Assembly (NCBI GenBank): GCA_029261035.1
Contig: JAJDCD010000012.1
Coordinates: forward strand, 158,776-222,775
DNA from: Candidatus Omnitrophota bacterium
GTDB taxonomy: Bacteria; Omnitrophota; Omnitrophia; Omnitrophales; JACROU01
DNA length: 64,000 nucleotides
Direction of reading: 5' to 3'
Below, one piece after another: positions 36,001 to 36,359 of the stretch (positions are counted from its first letter, which is position 1; each line of letters starts with the position of its first letter). Made by a program: the position numbers and the translations under genes. The notes beneath the pieces were generated by a model. The model searched no databases and was not told the DNA's origin. It worked only from the letters and a program-made list of their open reading frames with translations.

Positions 36001-36230
36001 TCTTCTTCGGGTTGAGGCGCTACCATCTCTTGTAAGAAATCTTGTTGGTAACGGATATGTTCTAAATTAGCAGAGTTATTTTGAACAACTTTATTGATTG
36101 GAGTTAAAGAAAATGCGAATAGAATATCGTTCTGAGTAAATAGAAAGGTAACGAGAACCACCCAAGATATAATCTTGCGAGTGGAACGAAGAAAGGATTT
36201 CTTTTCCGATCGAGCCTTTTTTAATCTCAT
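1..36230 (-). CDS. Giant multi-repeat secreted/surface protein (YD/Rhs-repeat family). Start codon in window, C-terminus beyond the left edge; at least 12,076 codons in-window.
   Basis: ATG (plus 'cat') at 36228-36230 preceded by AGGAGG (36241-36246, 10-nt spacing) and by an in-frame upstream TAA. Hand translation reads cleanly everywhere sampled: N-terminus MRLKKARSEKKSFLRSTRKIISWVVLVTFLF (signal-like); LPDGSTQFFNKDGSVDT near 32560; DQTDGSTQIFVYDEAQEL at 28021-28080; NEDVQQVISPDGTIQDYEYDSENRASKITTRIGDLPDDIQ at 27601-27720; VTFKNLSEGWEAITTTSYERDEIGNITKTTETDKNGNQTIKDF near 23600; DQLKVAEGDAVAAAELAVKAAEFDLTNAKKDLKALEGTAGA at 9841-9963; YTHKAPAQCGSPDHMDHHNHGADLGNDG near 4000; EVVEGGATKTTYSANLGTIELGGITLDGGAVVEFNVVDGKTTMN at 2341-2470; VTTASILALGTLTGPLGFLAASLLSTGLDVVGLTGNYKT at 3-119. 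The ORF track lists no minus-strand true-frame fragment of 60 aa or more anywhere in 1-36230, consistent with one uninterrupted frame that lacks an in-window stop. Confidence 0.85.
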   Translation of the reverse strand, partial: MRLKKARSEKKSFLRSTRKIISWVVLVTFLFTQNDILFAFSLTPINKVVQNNSANLEHIRYQQDFLQEMVAPQPEEEIQTIAAEDAAKKAEDEKAYEETRIAKEEEDKEKELGEFLTKEETLKSFTGKEVEEDYFSYVKVEKKEAPKAAVDFIEKEAVKSEDVSNQSLENFSEEKPLEFNYYMEFLESNARRTVQVQREEGKAGISISMMDLLGDLKSIKDRSVNPSSKIDPIKAEAHAQVWNIYRQHFRNSYRYPDQALPKLVQDKDGNLLIEKPEGDVVTIEEYEREAELLKRDRIERDLWADVREIERYSIEDALEMGGFDKDVAAAVILDPGAITADSLQSLLDWPMEVAITVVEGEIVLFSSGQDDEITASQSVASLIQKSSFKSHTHPSGVSSVEPSLRDFEVAGEESQFVIAYTNEGPKLFEFNQDGIISETDDLRAFIQGLQAAVKLERGSEDYNPINSRRALSNFLKEVDLENELERKREQIYAGQASPAFVTHDQTLQNLTQLAVADALENEDLIDALEVSVNDALTNQTLTQTEFDQLTGSITLLRDTYFPAPVSVLDENTGLITTTYPDGQVDIVDSITNLIEKRTLVDGTVQDYSYNATGLLTDITVTDIDGLVTVQNFDDNGVLSALELPDGTTQQFHPDGYLLNQVNPDFSVQVNNYDVSGELTSVEFTDAVGLKTTQHFDTDGDLTHIDLPDGVVQHFNKEGDVTKVVNEDGSEQRYDYNDTGVLTSITSVDVAGSETVQNISSTGQVQSIVLGDGTKQTFDASGNIALIENVDGTKQEYFYDTNNNVSQIRNTDIFNQITIQNLDAAGNITSIFLSDGTKQFLNSEGNVSRVESVDGSSQDYTYDANGDLSSITITDINNDVTIQNLNSDGSIGSMVSFDGTEQFFNGDGNLSRIVNPDGSESIYSYDAITGTLNQVEIRDVNQEITKQFLNVNGSIKRVELPDGSEQHFNESGDVSRVVNVDGTEQRYSYDGNGGLLSITSVDVDGNETIQNVSATGDVQNIELPDGTKQTFDAAGNVTLVELPDGSSQSYIYDNTSNLTQINITDESGDVTQQNLNSAGNVVSITTPDGTQQIFDEDGNITRVESVDGSKQEYFYDADSNLNQIKITDSFDSVTTQNLDADGNVTSIVLSDGIEQFFNFDGSVSRVVSPDGSVQSYSYLADGSLRTLAITDSDGSTTTQLFDGDGDLSQIFLPDGSTQFFNKDGSVDTVFGADNTEQRYSYDEQGVLSSITSIDVDGNETVQNVSATGDVQAITLADGTRQTFDEQGNVLLVELPDGTRQQYIYDDNSQLKQILLTGLEGGVTIQNLSPEGDVLSIMTPDGTKQFLNENGDVSRVEQPDGSVQEFTYDVGGALTRITITDIYNQSTVQNLDAAGNVSSVVLPDGSSQFFNALGNVSRVIAADGSEQNYVYGAGGNVSSISITDIDGDVTTQNFNALGDISRVELPDGGAQFFDLEGNVTKVTASDGSEQRYNYDDSGVLTSITIIDIDGSETIQNISASGEVQTIELPDGTKQTFDANGNVSLVELLDGSSQAYLYDANSNLTQIKITDVDGGVTEQNLDLDGNVTSVKTPEGTQQFFNDNGDVSRVELLDGSKQEYLYDASGNLSQIKITAANNDITLQNLNLSGDVTSVILPDGSGQFFDVNGNVKRVLNSDGSEQNYQYSSDGILNSVAITDVDGGVVTQYLDIDGDVTRIELGDGSTQHFNKDGNISRVVGADGGEQRYSYDDNGVLSSISIVDVDGNETIQNVSATGEVQTITLPDGTRQTFDGSGNVTLVELPDGTDQAYLYDSNSNLAQIRITDANGDITEQNLDVDGNVTSVVTSDGTQQFFNADGDVTRVELPDGSEQEYFYDNAKNLTQIKITDPNNAVTTQNLNVTGGVTSVALPDGTQQFFNALGDVSRVVNADGSEQSFQYAPGGSLSSVAITDVDGLVTTQHLDSDGDLTHIELPDGSSQYMNKDGTLSQVVAADGATQSYAYSDQGVLTEITTVDADGNETVQSMSGTGQVQIIELPDGTIQVFDENGNVSLVELPDGTEQHFNTDGNISKVVNPDGSRQEYTYGYDQDGVASANKATIRVFSAPTAIVSYPEIELQADGTIKIINPNGTETLIDPTLNDQVVGAPVGDVELPDGYVAPASNDEAVNRLLASFRANNGEADNYVDFLKGQFADINATFSDAQGNPHTITYRQVGEHFDLMVTDGNQAAFNQVPSEVMIQAHDEYIKRYRNFMGIAVPEDSAEEVALRASLEEGAGPAIVGVSPDDINQTFFQNNLGTTEFDNYEAFLTNPAYRHIGGVVVDGAEVSYQDVADQINVIRSDLQQGNPVNISEGMKQAVSQYFNRFKAYFSSYYGDDYGDASGILEQVQTLDLGADGELGGEGVDADQTLFVQTADGTKQEYDYDDEGNLSQIKITSPDNQITYQNVDVDGNATSVELADGTKQFFNANGNVSRVEQTDGTIQDYIYNDLGVLTFVNITTPEGETTKQEMNSNGDVVSIELPDGTKQYFDFEGKVTGVDNLDGSSQEYIYDENAILAAIKLIDADGNETLQRMSEAGEVQTVELPDGTKQTFNEDGAISRVENPDTSKQEYIYQESVLTQIRITDENNILTIQNMNENGEVSSIELADGTKQFFNENSDISRVEQNDGTIQDFIYSDEEKLIQIQVTDPSGNITIQNMGENGEISSVELDDGTKQFFNANGDVSQVDQTDGSTQIFVYDEAQELTQIRITNSQGELTIQNMGANGEVSSVELADGTIQSFNSNGDVSQVVQPDGTTQDFVYNQADQLSQINVTDPEGDVTAQKFDSEGKISEVVTPDGTRQLFNENEDVQQVISPDGTIQDYEYDSENRASKITTRIGDLPDDIQQITSYQYEGEGDDAKTIVTSENPQTGVVSTQTLDSNDQLIRNEVLADGELSVFNENEELVEFTNKNGEKSLYEDGYIKQIIDKNGDVIQTFDLVRDPETNAIIDFTQVDYTPQNTNSQIIDGMSRDVFHNGTISYYKKDGALDFFTNSHAVIQSVQEDEDGNTLIFLNDGRKINYKKNPVTDEDVIDKITNLRGEVDVYLYNDQGELEAISKQTNSTDGPIRVIEKTVYLKDAEGNVVTDGEGNAKVDYVVSRTGSVNRSVYDPESPDKVLKTVREKSLEDNTKISESFFNEEGQVDTSVSYDEIGQEIISRSEYLYNEDGEMTGIQNFDVSDVENAADAVQKGTGAFQNTLYYKKLDNFNVPVIDYTQDGVGNKTTYEYDAAGYILKTVTTNALRNIVSEAIYEKGLFRDERIKAVINYEVDLDSPGASETKPGSMSVYEYNEDGDNTGLKQYRVNNEVDALDNLVDDVLVSDIQYLPGTTLIDYTVQYDDAGIATGRTDFFYDQGVLKKIVRRNSGDLDGAILFESFYEGDEPGKERTLYNIEYRVDENDPTLSVPDNRTDYAYDVTGALQEISRRSGPNETDPVLQKTKFKGAAGSEIASDVLNYRINEAGEAELSLWQHMEHDDKDRIKKIQYRNSEDPTAPIIQEARLEGDRGEELTTEMITFGIDPQTNQSSFSTHQKFVYDSNGKLLKTEIRDKDDLNEHPIAINLMEGEQGQERIYRALNYFKKEDGAYALASRQDYIYGDGGAISETQIRLQDSDSAAIKSASTYEGEPGRERVVETTEYDISQPGKVLSRSTFEYDENEALKQVNQFKEDTDVLLSTVKYEGTERGRERMSQVVTYEEDGDDADTDPDVSSTSDYTYAANGALTTVTQTEDGRSSVSTYEGDPGSERVSEISFYNGDGSLDKKSTYFYDENTGILDRVEDDDGTINYYRRDQFGQDLIDRTIDPTGKVTPYIYDTSSGESVLQVVGTEETTRTRYKQINVDGNQVSVIDTTEEPILFAEDGTPTAYRTNTFLYNSAGENVAILSSDGSLTINETVKDDDSKLLETIVTRTEANAEGYVLEQDADGFVIAVNPGTADIQEIRTLDAFGDVKSIVDRFGGETTFAYERDNGRITKSIATDKNGNITEKTLDIFGDPIKIVVQSAQGWTQETNISYDRDPVTSQILKSTKVDPNGNTTIEKFDINNNITERVFRSVEGWEAKSTFEYEFDENRNMIERRETDKNGNIKTEKFNGRQELVELTIQNIDQGWEDTTTYEYEHDELGNVSKTTETDKNGDKTIKEFDDAGDVVKVTFKNLSEGWEAITTTSYERDEIGNITKTTETDKNGNQTIKDFNVAGDITSSTFKNNEEGWEATTEFVYERDGVGNLVKITETDKNGNETIKQNNIHGDLIRLTFKNKDQGWEASTEFVYGKDDKGNVNLVTETDKNGNITQKAQSKYGDIQSLTVQNVEQGWSATTLFEYQKDDKGNIEKTIETDKNNNVTEKEMSKYGDVLSQTFKNLEEGWESTSRMLYEKDGKGNNKKITRFDRNNEKTEEHYNTSGDLITQVDNFGGVSVLDYTKDAKGNVLVTSTIDKNGNKTHRKTNVHGDTTALIDQYGGVTNITNEKDGKGNLSKQISTDKNGNETSQSFNIHGDVTGFSNKFGGLTSMIHEKDGKGNISKTIETDPNGLVTRKEFNLLRDLISLTNPLGGKTDFQYLRDGVGNVKFITEKDGRGLLVSKEMDVITGQIKKKIDEFGGITEYSYVLDSVGNTTHIIEVDPKSFIKTQVFDPKENDLIRIETYNPYSKTNVVANMSYNKDSLGNILSRITDDDQGNNTVSTMDLTSGDVTKNVVKNSSGVIISSTTSETIRNAEGTMEKVIETDDLTGNKTTRIYASNGDMTETISTPADGSYEKRIKMEYTREDGVLTQLIETDSNDRRTIKKFNKEGDMIEKRDPFGGVSTYSYVKRSNNQTEQITEVNKNGTVLLTQFNEDNDVTLSATISALTGEIQANRMSYDKRADGSVMKSYQSTISPADIQLALGGAIEQNDFNQSKAALQNLQILNDSAVNALERMRKSGLSTAEQIQEAENLVLSLQTQLADNESLMQAVRVSSFASLEQLNEVVQSLNDRAVAIASDLTQQIQDQDGLRASISLERIQSIQEGLDLAILGLESLGGTQEDLGDAATIKNAINGIVASLEDGVNNLSREVTSDVSLNILTEITGQINVLRTSSIEALTEGDLYIANQNIDSINALIQSAVSLKDDVIFDVNATEEQIQQAKSVVANLNDVSAALNVNLSDLSNRKTFKAVSEAGSSTGFGLKINSEELNVAFMANLMTESPEEFAAYQSFLDRNSTLLQTVKDTDGADVSLNYGEIRGQLSDISSGAKTSFSVEEAKAHANVINFYQKYFSADTDENLATLAIDQGVITVTRSNGKVMVFDSNQNDRILSETTIAGDEKTYNALGKLEREVKVSGEEVNYLYDDLGKLDMVTERNLDGDVTIQRFNVEGFLVVVDNPDGSKEFYNQSKNLEKIEFVDGTRKNYSYSDKGLLQKIKLTDAVGNETVQNYDPRGLISTVELPDGSVQFFGENQQIQSVNKANGNRVDYQYDENSVLSKIVVTEAGGTVTERVVGDDGNSFVVQLEDGTEQTYDLSGRIQLVVNGDGTQQEYSYSILGLLQTIEITDGEGKVTTQTLDQNRKVVSIEEPNGDMKYFNSEGRLYRIEHTDGSSKELGYSNEVLSSIKLIDEDGTEVIQAISPEGKIISETSSDGIVSYFNDDNLVSSVVYPDGSNHTYLYDENNNLITIEARDSNDALTVHTMAENGNIQQSVLPDGAVHDYNELGQLAKVTQVDGTVIDYSYWGATLREISLTAVNGEKTTQSFGYDGTLNRIDFPDGRIHYYYNENITRIDNVDGSSRQFKYDTDNNLIEVEITDNNYQTTTQAIDPDTNTLTVSLPNGSTEVYDASGKLLSINLSDGSSQNYIYDVSGNISSIQKTDKDGNVSQQSFDVQDTSTTVNLEDGSQQTYDVSGNVTKIEFLDGSMEEYSYDVENKLSEVRLTSVDNQVTIQQINSKGEVTAIQNPDGSRQAFGDDGSSQSYDVNDRLVSEVAIIDGKITLKDYVYDSNGTLTDTIVNDSNLGFSTEGITDVDSLKRMGELLLDPQMRQIVLDASAAGISGSLIAAALSLESENSSFVFQDTINSLISKLDAQEFSKDTLDQLVSNQVELKVILLFDTDSELQQLMDVLKSNDVSIDTSRVGNLNNIVSNAYETLDDSGLTKVKDALMNLLIMVDYVDPQNLEAIPEEDRYRLGVSEDYYSGGLTLNTYTYYNNRKTVFNSFKSFMNKFSGSEGEVLLSAGTLAGFGVTPKRIQGEYGYYGNVVLPGMDSKDQMSGFAQALEEASEADRTLMVEIVNNQLKSVEHITVMSSADWKEVLEKALVIKNNNLSVPINTTLESIRKTYDLVMDPATKPLVDSLAAEGIAGSVIGATSELEGRFPEFTAESTLNLIQDLIQQGNLSVTTINRMAAFGLDITTLMLFDSEAEFEKIFDGILRYGVTTNTIVVDMMNDMINGFIEYKGAASWESEKGRVKTFLMETLLDYDYLDITDTTTWGALTSEQRVKFGIIGDGTETSPYMYNTNDYYKNRQSVFYRMNDVISSASPNQGRALDILSSLYEQGVGGDYMLGGIAQGTLLYNGVYSINILDGFKQAMDQLGGNSAQGVAAINSGIAGFINFTNGFEEAEVYKGLVLNAVNIINSGISVNGARSIEDLERLNVMTQDPETLALMANLSSSNVSPAVLAMAKESEENFPGMLAKDVLTDLQTRIQSGAYDASLINHMTQMGLSLTSILMFDTEEEINQLADVLGRSGYYTAVEGTRASSLSALIDGFISHVGGANWKNEMSDAKDMLKTLMLSNGYVVPTQYVDSNSALQYDFDGVNESTYRNNRQTVFNNVINGFNSFQGTDKGIALQAMAALYKAGVNSTTLLGEYNQYGYVVTRGIQNKDQLTAYQELIEEAADPTTLIQVMENNVTPIVGTYPRIYSVEGWKETINKIVDLVNLNTSLDAITSTSILDTMHSLLTNPDTQNLVQAVTDAGMDSSVLILAGDTQGRHPEMVLADVLNELISRVNQGAMTADSITQLVSNGVSLQTILTFDLTEDLTKLFDALSNDGSDIDRYRKDKMNALIDSYLDHSGAANWQNIPGNVKNALRSVLLDNGYIPVDQLTAETNYYGSFSHYSYGTQGEEGYIENYFTHRKNIANRFFLLTSSTLRYDQGEGLELMAQLNDLGIDLDKVIGGLDQYGRTLGDGLKSTVQMQAYIQALNNAGDNLEAVITVIENNISTIVGRYPSQRTVEDWLSVVNDAAGLVAQNFSLDAITSTDQLSAMNALLSDPNLKTVTENALNAGISMAMVAGIGGTEGIDKAAVLTDLMTKLQNGDLTSDILDQANTAGLSAQVMMVFGSDLELNKIMDVIKNTNGSFDRYRKDKFNTIVSGFMEGNAGEGLDAAIAGFKNLLENSLFEGFIDPSLLTANTNYYGSVYNYTYGQSGDPDYTDDYYGDRKEKADLFLNYFSNNFRNEEGDAVNVLSQFVAEGVDIQFLFGTLDRYGRSSGDDVGAVEQMASYLKAIQAAGENKDKVVTALKDNMFNIVGRYPDPSTEEEWDAVVSKVVDLAVQDVDLSSISSIDALNSMHALISDPVMKEKVDNLAALGISASFVSAAQSMAQMHSSLDLESTLNLISDKVQNNIISAESINQLVSAGVSLLAVMIFDQTLELEQLYDVLLDESGALEDSRVVDLNEMLNSYLEHVGGELSEATDLFKAAFNSQLLSLNYIPKGQLTAKTNYYGSVYQYDYEDPTDSSNNIYNYYEQRGNTFKQIAGILDSLRYDKGEGVAIAIELLSAGVSKDQIFGTPGYYGNSGGIQNITQARGLLKAVSEAGNQKSQIVSIINNNLSSIIGPYPNMNTPEEWAEVIQTAANLQFLNIGSPTQWGKHIADSTSAVNLSVLDVEGGQSAESILADFQAIGAPSVISPLGLGGPSGVLDVSDFSSAPVVQLFDIPEIPESSLLPPEISEPDGILDDQPNVRAPPEDSPEAKGDFLFKGLGDEVAQQALSAGFVGLANVAASTIIREFGSDGELVSVEDDQGKAEVEQVFDSYGNLIKQIDHLEDNTITKEFDPITNNLLVFEDDNNRIEYQNITDAVGNVIGKIARTVKSDRPELVGTMNAQEFDVEGKLTKNIDGRGIVTSWTYGIDDEGKAFKRSEITEDPFFPEDRTTLGTVTIFNSDTTIKEVNRPDGSVMKYTYEREDDDPKGKILKTIVDGTAVQVNPVTQQEETLESHIEYDEKGDMTLSIANGVTHEFEYFREEGLLVKMIDNSSGGPNGASRTVNHYDDAGDLVKSEVYDGAALQVLQNQEAVPSEAPTEGTQIGSIIALPKVYEYKYEKDDRGNITLKTAYFDGNEVYYDGAGNQLGFQPSVGSVTTARLKNGWTLQYIKDTNSPANAPPPQEGDEITDFRVAGTANLAQDELFYQNGETMTPNGKIVWTNPSGIKGEIWYLEDQFDEDGQPVISARKVLKQIAIMSDGTFEDIIDERGDGSLLDDIDPRNANFRDPSSVILDGELPYQTFSLTSAQHQADVAITSAEVAEEAAAEARASAVKANSELSALSQPTQDMLKRVQELEAFAVKKEAEAVELRNDAAALQATANQKDTESNYDPTMSQIHKLFAAYQVGAAGPTAEIYKFIPPHLKNFTGLTDQMAENARYLSQDPPPKLVMPVQAKNAFVKAITNRIREHATMEKLYKETSKVVTAHENFRKDEGRLFVAINSFQDKDVFAENLATNLKSAEKYYDDVRNYLEGNNRDDLARAQQAMTAAKAALSGRQGAALREVIRAKEIALKNARDQLKVAEGDAVAAAELAVKAAEFDLTNAKKDLKALEGTAGAEPGQAAEFAEDISDKSWNDISFEEVDAGMMVLRKLDIRGLAAKKFLAEHDYNVAKQIVEQRQALYDQASDRDDSSPLLRDLEHAKDMLKVKERILVQRKRTVELFENLKKHTTDLKELYQPHNIENFYEDAIALDDPDFLDPALEGTDGHFVKDYRANKAKVETAINSFETTLTGHHNTHRAAYIALYDYALGQLNAYASKERTSYRWNSEVEAYQPHERTRYKPGGKSVSQWVSEFEASMYDGETDTEKRNNIKAANYTQMVSMAQSAMNFIIGESRPTPPSGRNIKWVETGQSISARAAKEAIADKVKADSKTADLDLAQNVLNLQTTTQAQLDTASDEMIDAYMEKVEALIDNTTDRLNRVKDEMMGTGTGEADNFKVSRDSRWADLKAAASDMVDSKEYDGISNRFDDIMDVWNDAKADADDSLARYKSHFENYQLFSDKEYHTARDPVILKMEQAIIDYEKDKKSAADNYNAARIQLDLDLDPKRQVYFEAKTEIEKNFSVQRATQEKALEGALLTLEDTLESKLSQYYSALQGVVQTFVSAAGSQSPISQADFDARMQSDDRRSFLDHYVEILSEQAGSLGVDLLLGDDRSSDSNATFSQYETTLQDFLTAANTSQTTHQPKQAIEDYEIQRAQAEADSKETIATLDKDMMDQLVAVETTWEKELVAYQEKVAEAVHLREIALADAEQKWNVDSAQFADVMNMTSIDYRNRTEENLRAWLKDQRGDYFHSGGMIQISPPTLVLYAGVAGSGFVAPTYPNQDRWDGESRSFTGGLGITTGMNPMVLDDYLQNAAEMDMRSNDFMEQITKNVVKTQEFFDRELFNDSDRYAQFLSLERDSLESFLQEVDSPFYTQSVSQYGSGSITDTGSTLRGTQLFGSTFSGFPFDTPTSSGTTTTGADEREQMRELYNDYVEERLGKKVRNEDGTYSYTPSKTKDYFDAFDAAISFEHDGDKFFLFDPKQEPPLSVNETVERWMAPYTPNKRSALDFSKFFRGLHERGDQVGMLNEKKLLAADELSAAFWENGFGENEGGPVAQYKRRYALADMSEIRGLLSQEERDVLDELGADDTFNESRWVNDAVTARYDAIRESDQAFNRALQDYDYQIEASMKDYYEVMGGDPDVQKEIQDFREEFPNRELSLELQNKLKGTARVALEQEEQKTRRGWDNAQQEYTDGIFEAKTAYDEALRVALNQFLEDQDEATFLASINSEKSIYEAAVSQFQQDYASTMNGITTAWKTAQRAFADATDAAIAKVKQEQEDAKTALEDMFKEEKEKREGIEETFVAQLDAIRNAKQEIDKKAQDEFREAYTTFVDETEAAYQEAFQKSRDAFEQIHEALVGSSGMDGALGKISDAADTYKDWIKQQKSTIEPQMKTLAESILAKNRTSDDPIKYAGYYYGRSLYSMSGGYTPELDMTSMGGVFKSAEEKYDEYKENRYQDGPTPPLKIYEKERIMTGEPPRYSQYYGDRRNEDGTYTETTKDTTLSFPTTKDILDTDGRGGGSFSRMMNLVNKIEEGIGGIDFQTDEGFMGADRGIKVERDKFNHEYFDFSEFQEGVVDTVINDNHYNEIKAKLFDAWGENEAEAELQRIMNDPNSTQEQIDDAVRQRDDAVGQTDVLIIKKKYVDDAMDKYVNEEIDKLIDADRNALIKASRKHLREVVPNITDVDLNELSALDINIRFVARVEAKKSWYEMSAYERADLIAEVVEEDLKQEGNEILNRSYEKDGFTYEQDKYERNKVLEYIKKWPSPIKVDEFKKDVKTYQMAHLWEDMFKQDFKLVQDETVIYRFGDWDPLQILPSRVRFHSDVQTEEILTGEKLNNIPFQKSKASDLDTAKLATLMKKIYEDTTIYTAYRSKWKVGQRSTYDRDTQTRTEAYEVERINGARLNNGVVDRFKDMKETLETTLKKMFERELDNDFVSRRVIKEVKSYTHKAPAQCGSPDHMDHHNHGADLGNDGSALTRLIEAEQRRLKGSMDYEGGAFQNTSSGGNYDVMFEEVNNYITKMVEASKKYEEATAGNKPPSDDFFDRAKEAHNILADDGTRTSFKSWWDMQNGRASKIVKTNGTTVNSLYDMDSGNKLAEETSSARRVVEVHNIGGKQVKEIKTVRETQLREAVGKEKDGQRELVLRRTSTTQGGGLGQTSEFQYDAEGKKSGTITVTKDGGEVHLDSAGKVIYTQQLVQKVEQRRSKVDGVLRNITTDAGTTFWRGRMVEGLVVDEVNGWRNEISNGYKINTTLREVKNEAAGLVYSAGLKMVNDLITNGEVVNEKKGIRQIYNTIDGVTEQTMKLLDGVDKAEIRDGVFLERGENGKTPVFRNGVLIEGKLVDKNTGIVTTATKRVSNETGELTTVRTTTYTKYFKIEGADGTVTQLLENTTLVGGKLISGKMIKTNEAIGFVQVTEAGANGEVTDTLTITKDNAQIGNMIYKDGTIVTNGQLTTGESYNSKTGLRTSKEVVEGGATKTTYSANLGTIELGGITLDGGAVVEFNVVDGKTTMNHVDGGIWQGEGSTRMYVMKYEGSDGARHTEQTFLGDGIELGGVPLKNEDGTPKLDADGNPILSPKFKMAVGSVMRDGRLISGAMTSDKVEISAVDSKTLRHRALSNDYKLGGSLTLEQGAVFEIKTVIGEDGNETSETELISGAMVQTDNAGNQMRTVVGEIQMGSVFGITLTVPGSKTKTQTVLSDNFITGYEGKDGVKLRATQDENGNTVYKTLDDEGNETGTYTGDVFTTTLTKGSTITTSTLGGIVIQNNQFVGSTINNRTHLKTSVDAAGTNTFIPLRAGARLETKDSEGKQVVYTFSSVDTRMVGSIVTQGEVLIGSDVVNTAGVRTFVATTRLVAEKVQVELGDQSDPSKVKSTVQGSVIYNKDSDGEWQRQGVNLFLDGSDKPTFVPAKSGDTIFFVGQGEGLGSGQSYRQLFSDYANPESGESNQTGSRFRDRAFEDIKDSVGIRSRGSDGSVNTTFYKPDDDGKMQVVGRVGFAVDGSVSLTTNSVDDLGNKIVIRQNFTAVKYNEDGEVDPNGTDSAIEKTSVTVMNEFDQQIGGWSSDKFGQRTIIQATEEVTRDHKGNVVPPLQAFKHNGEVVRYPAKTTDSEGNQQDHPKAGQIVHTQADALDVIRSNPQNANATGDDLTETSYRERRAVLGYTEVENNWFNGSVAPALGAIFVSSEDKKDYFQQQQMAQIPFNTKGQLPPAPGSAPVESTPISGWTTWNVQHQEGKNIIQSRGGFLNAAYEVTQAVTTASILALGTLTGPLGFLAASLLSTGLDVVGLTGNYKT
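12560..18050 (-). repeat. Six divergent tandem ~310-aa modules inside the giant CDS, each carrying a (L)TA(E/K/N)TNYYG motif.
   Basis: Motif copies translated at about 13125 (GQLTAKTNYYG), 14050 (LLTANTNYYG) and 14965 (DQLTAETNYYG), with diverged copies near 15880, 16770 and 17660. The ~0.9-0.95-kb spacing is visible on the plus strand. Confidence 0.6.
18250..20400 (-). repeat. Second YD-repeat block inside the giant CDS.
   Basis: Sampled translation DKDGNVSQQSFDVQDTSTTVNLEDGS near 18600, and the recurring DG...Q..YD..G.L pattern in flow-read translation. Boundaries are approximate. Confidence 0.45.
22580..24260 (-). repeat. About 10 tandem ~56-aa repeats (FKN..EGWEA.TT..YE.D..GN....TETDKNGN.T.K.F...GD) inside the giant CDS.
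   Basis: Recurrent 'tttccatctttttc / ttccatt(c/t)ttatc' strings on the plus strand, which read EKDGKGN / DKNGN on the minus strand. One unit (23530-23706) was translated explicitly. Confidence 0.65.
24400..27500 (-). repeat. Irregular Rhs-like repeat region (YEG-x-PG-x-ER...Y-x-YD motifs) inside the giant CDS.
   Basis: Flow-read translation shows motifs such as YEGDEPGKERTLYNIEYRVDENDP and YEGEPGRERVVETTEYD. Only partially verified codon by codon. Confidence 0.4.
27560..34430 (-). repeat. YD-repeat block 1 inside the giant CDS: about 36 tandem copies of a ~63-aa (189-nt) unit made of three ~21-aa YD-type repeats (Y-x-Y-D-x-x-G-x-L... / ...PDGT-x-Q-x-F...GN-V).
   Basis: The recurring nucleotide motif 'ccatc(a/c)gg...ttc' is visible on the plus strand across this span. 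Sampled translations: DGSVQSYSYLADGSL; QIFVYDEAQELTQIR; PDGTIQDYEYD. The copies are divergent at the DNA level, not identical. Confidence 0.7.
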
Positions 36231-36301
36231 GTTCAAAGGACCTCCTAGTTGCCTAACTAGTTCCCAGAACAAGAGAAAAAGGAATATTTGTTTACACTAT
36301 A

Positions 36302-36330
36302 ACTATACCTAGTGTTTCCTATTGTGTCAA
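36302..36330 (-). promoter_or_regulatory. Near-consensus sigma70 promoter for the giant gene: -35 TTGACA (36325-36330), 17-nt spacer, -10 TATAGT (36302-36307).
   Basis: Minus-strand sequence ttgacaCAATAGGAAACACTAGGtatagttatagtgt lies 30 nt downstream of the rndB stop and about 70 nt upstream of the giant-gene ATG. AGGAGG sits at 36241-36246. Confidence 0.55.
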
Positions 36331-36359
36331 AACACCCAATTTAAGGGGGCATTTATGTA

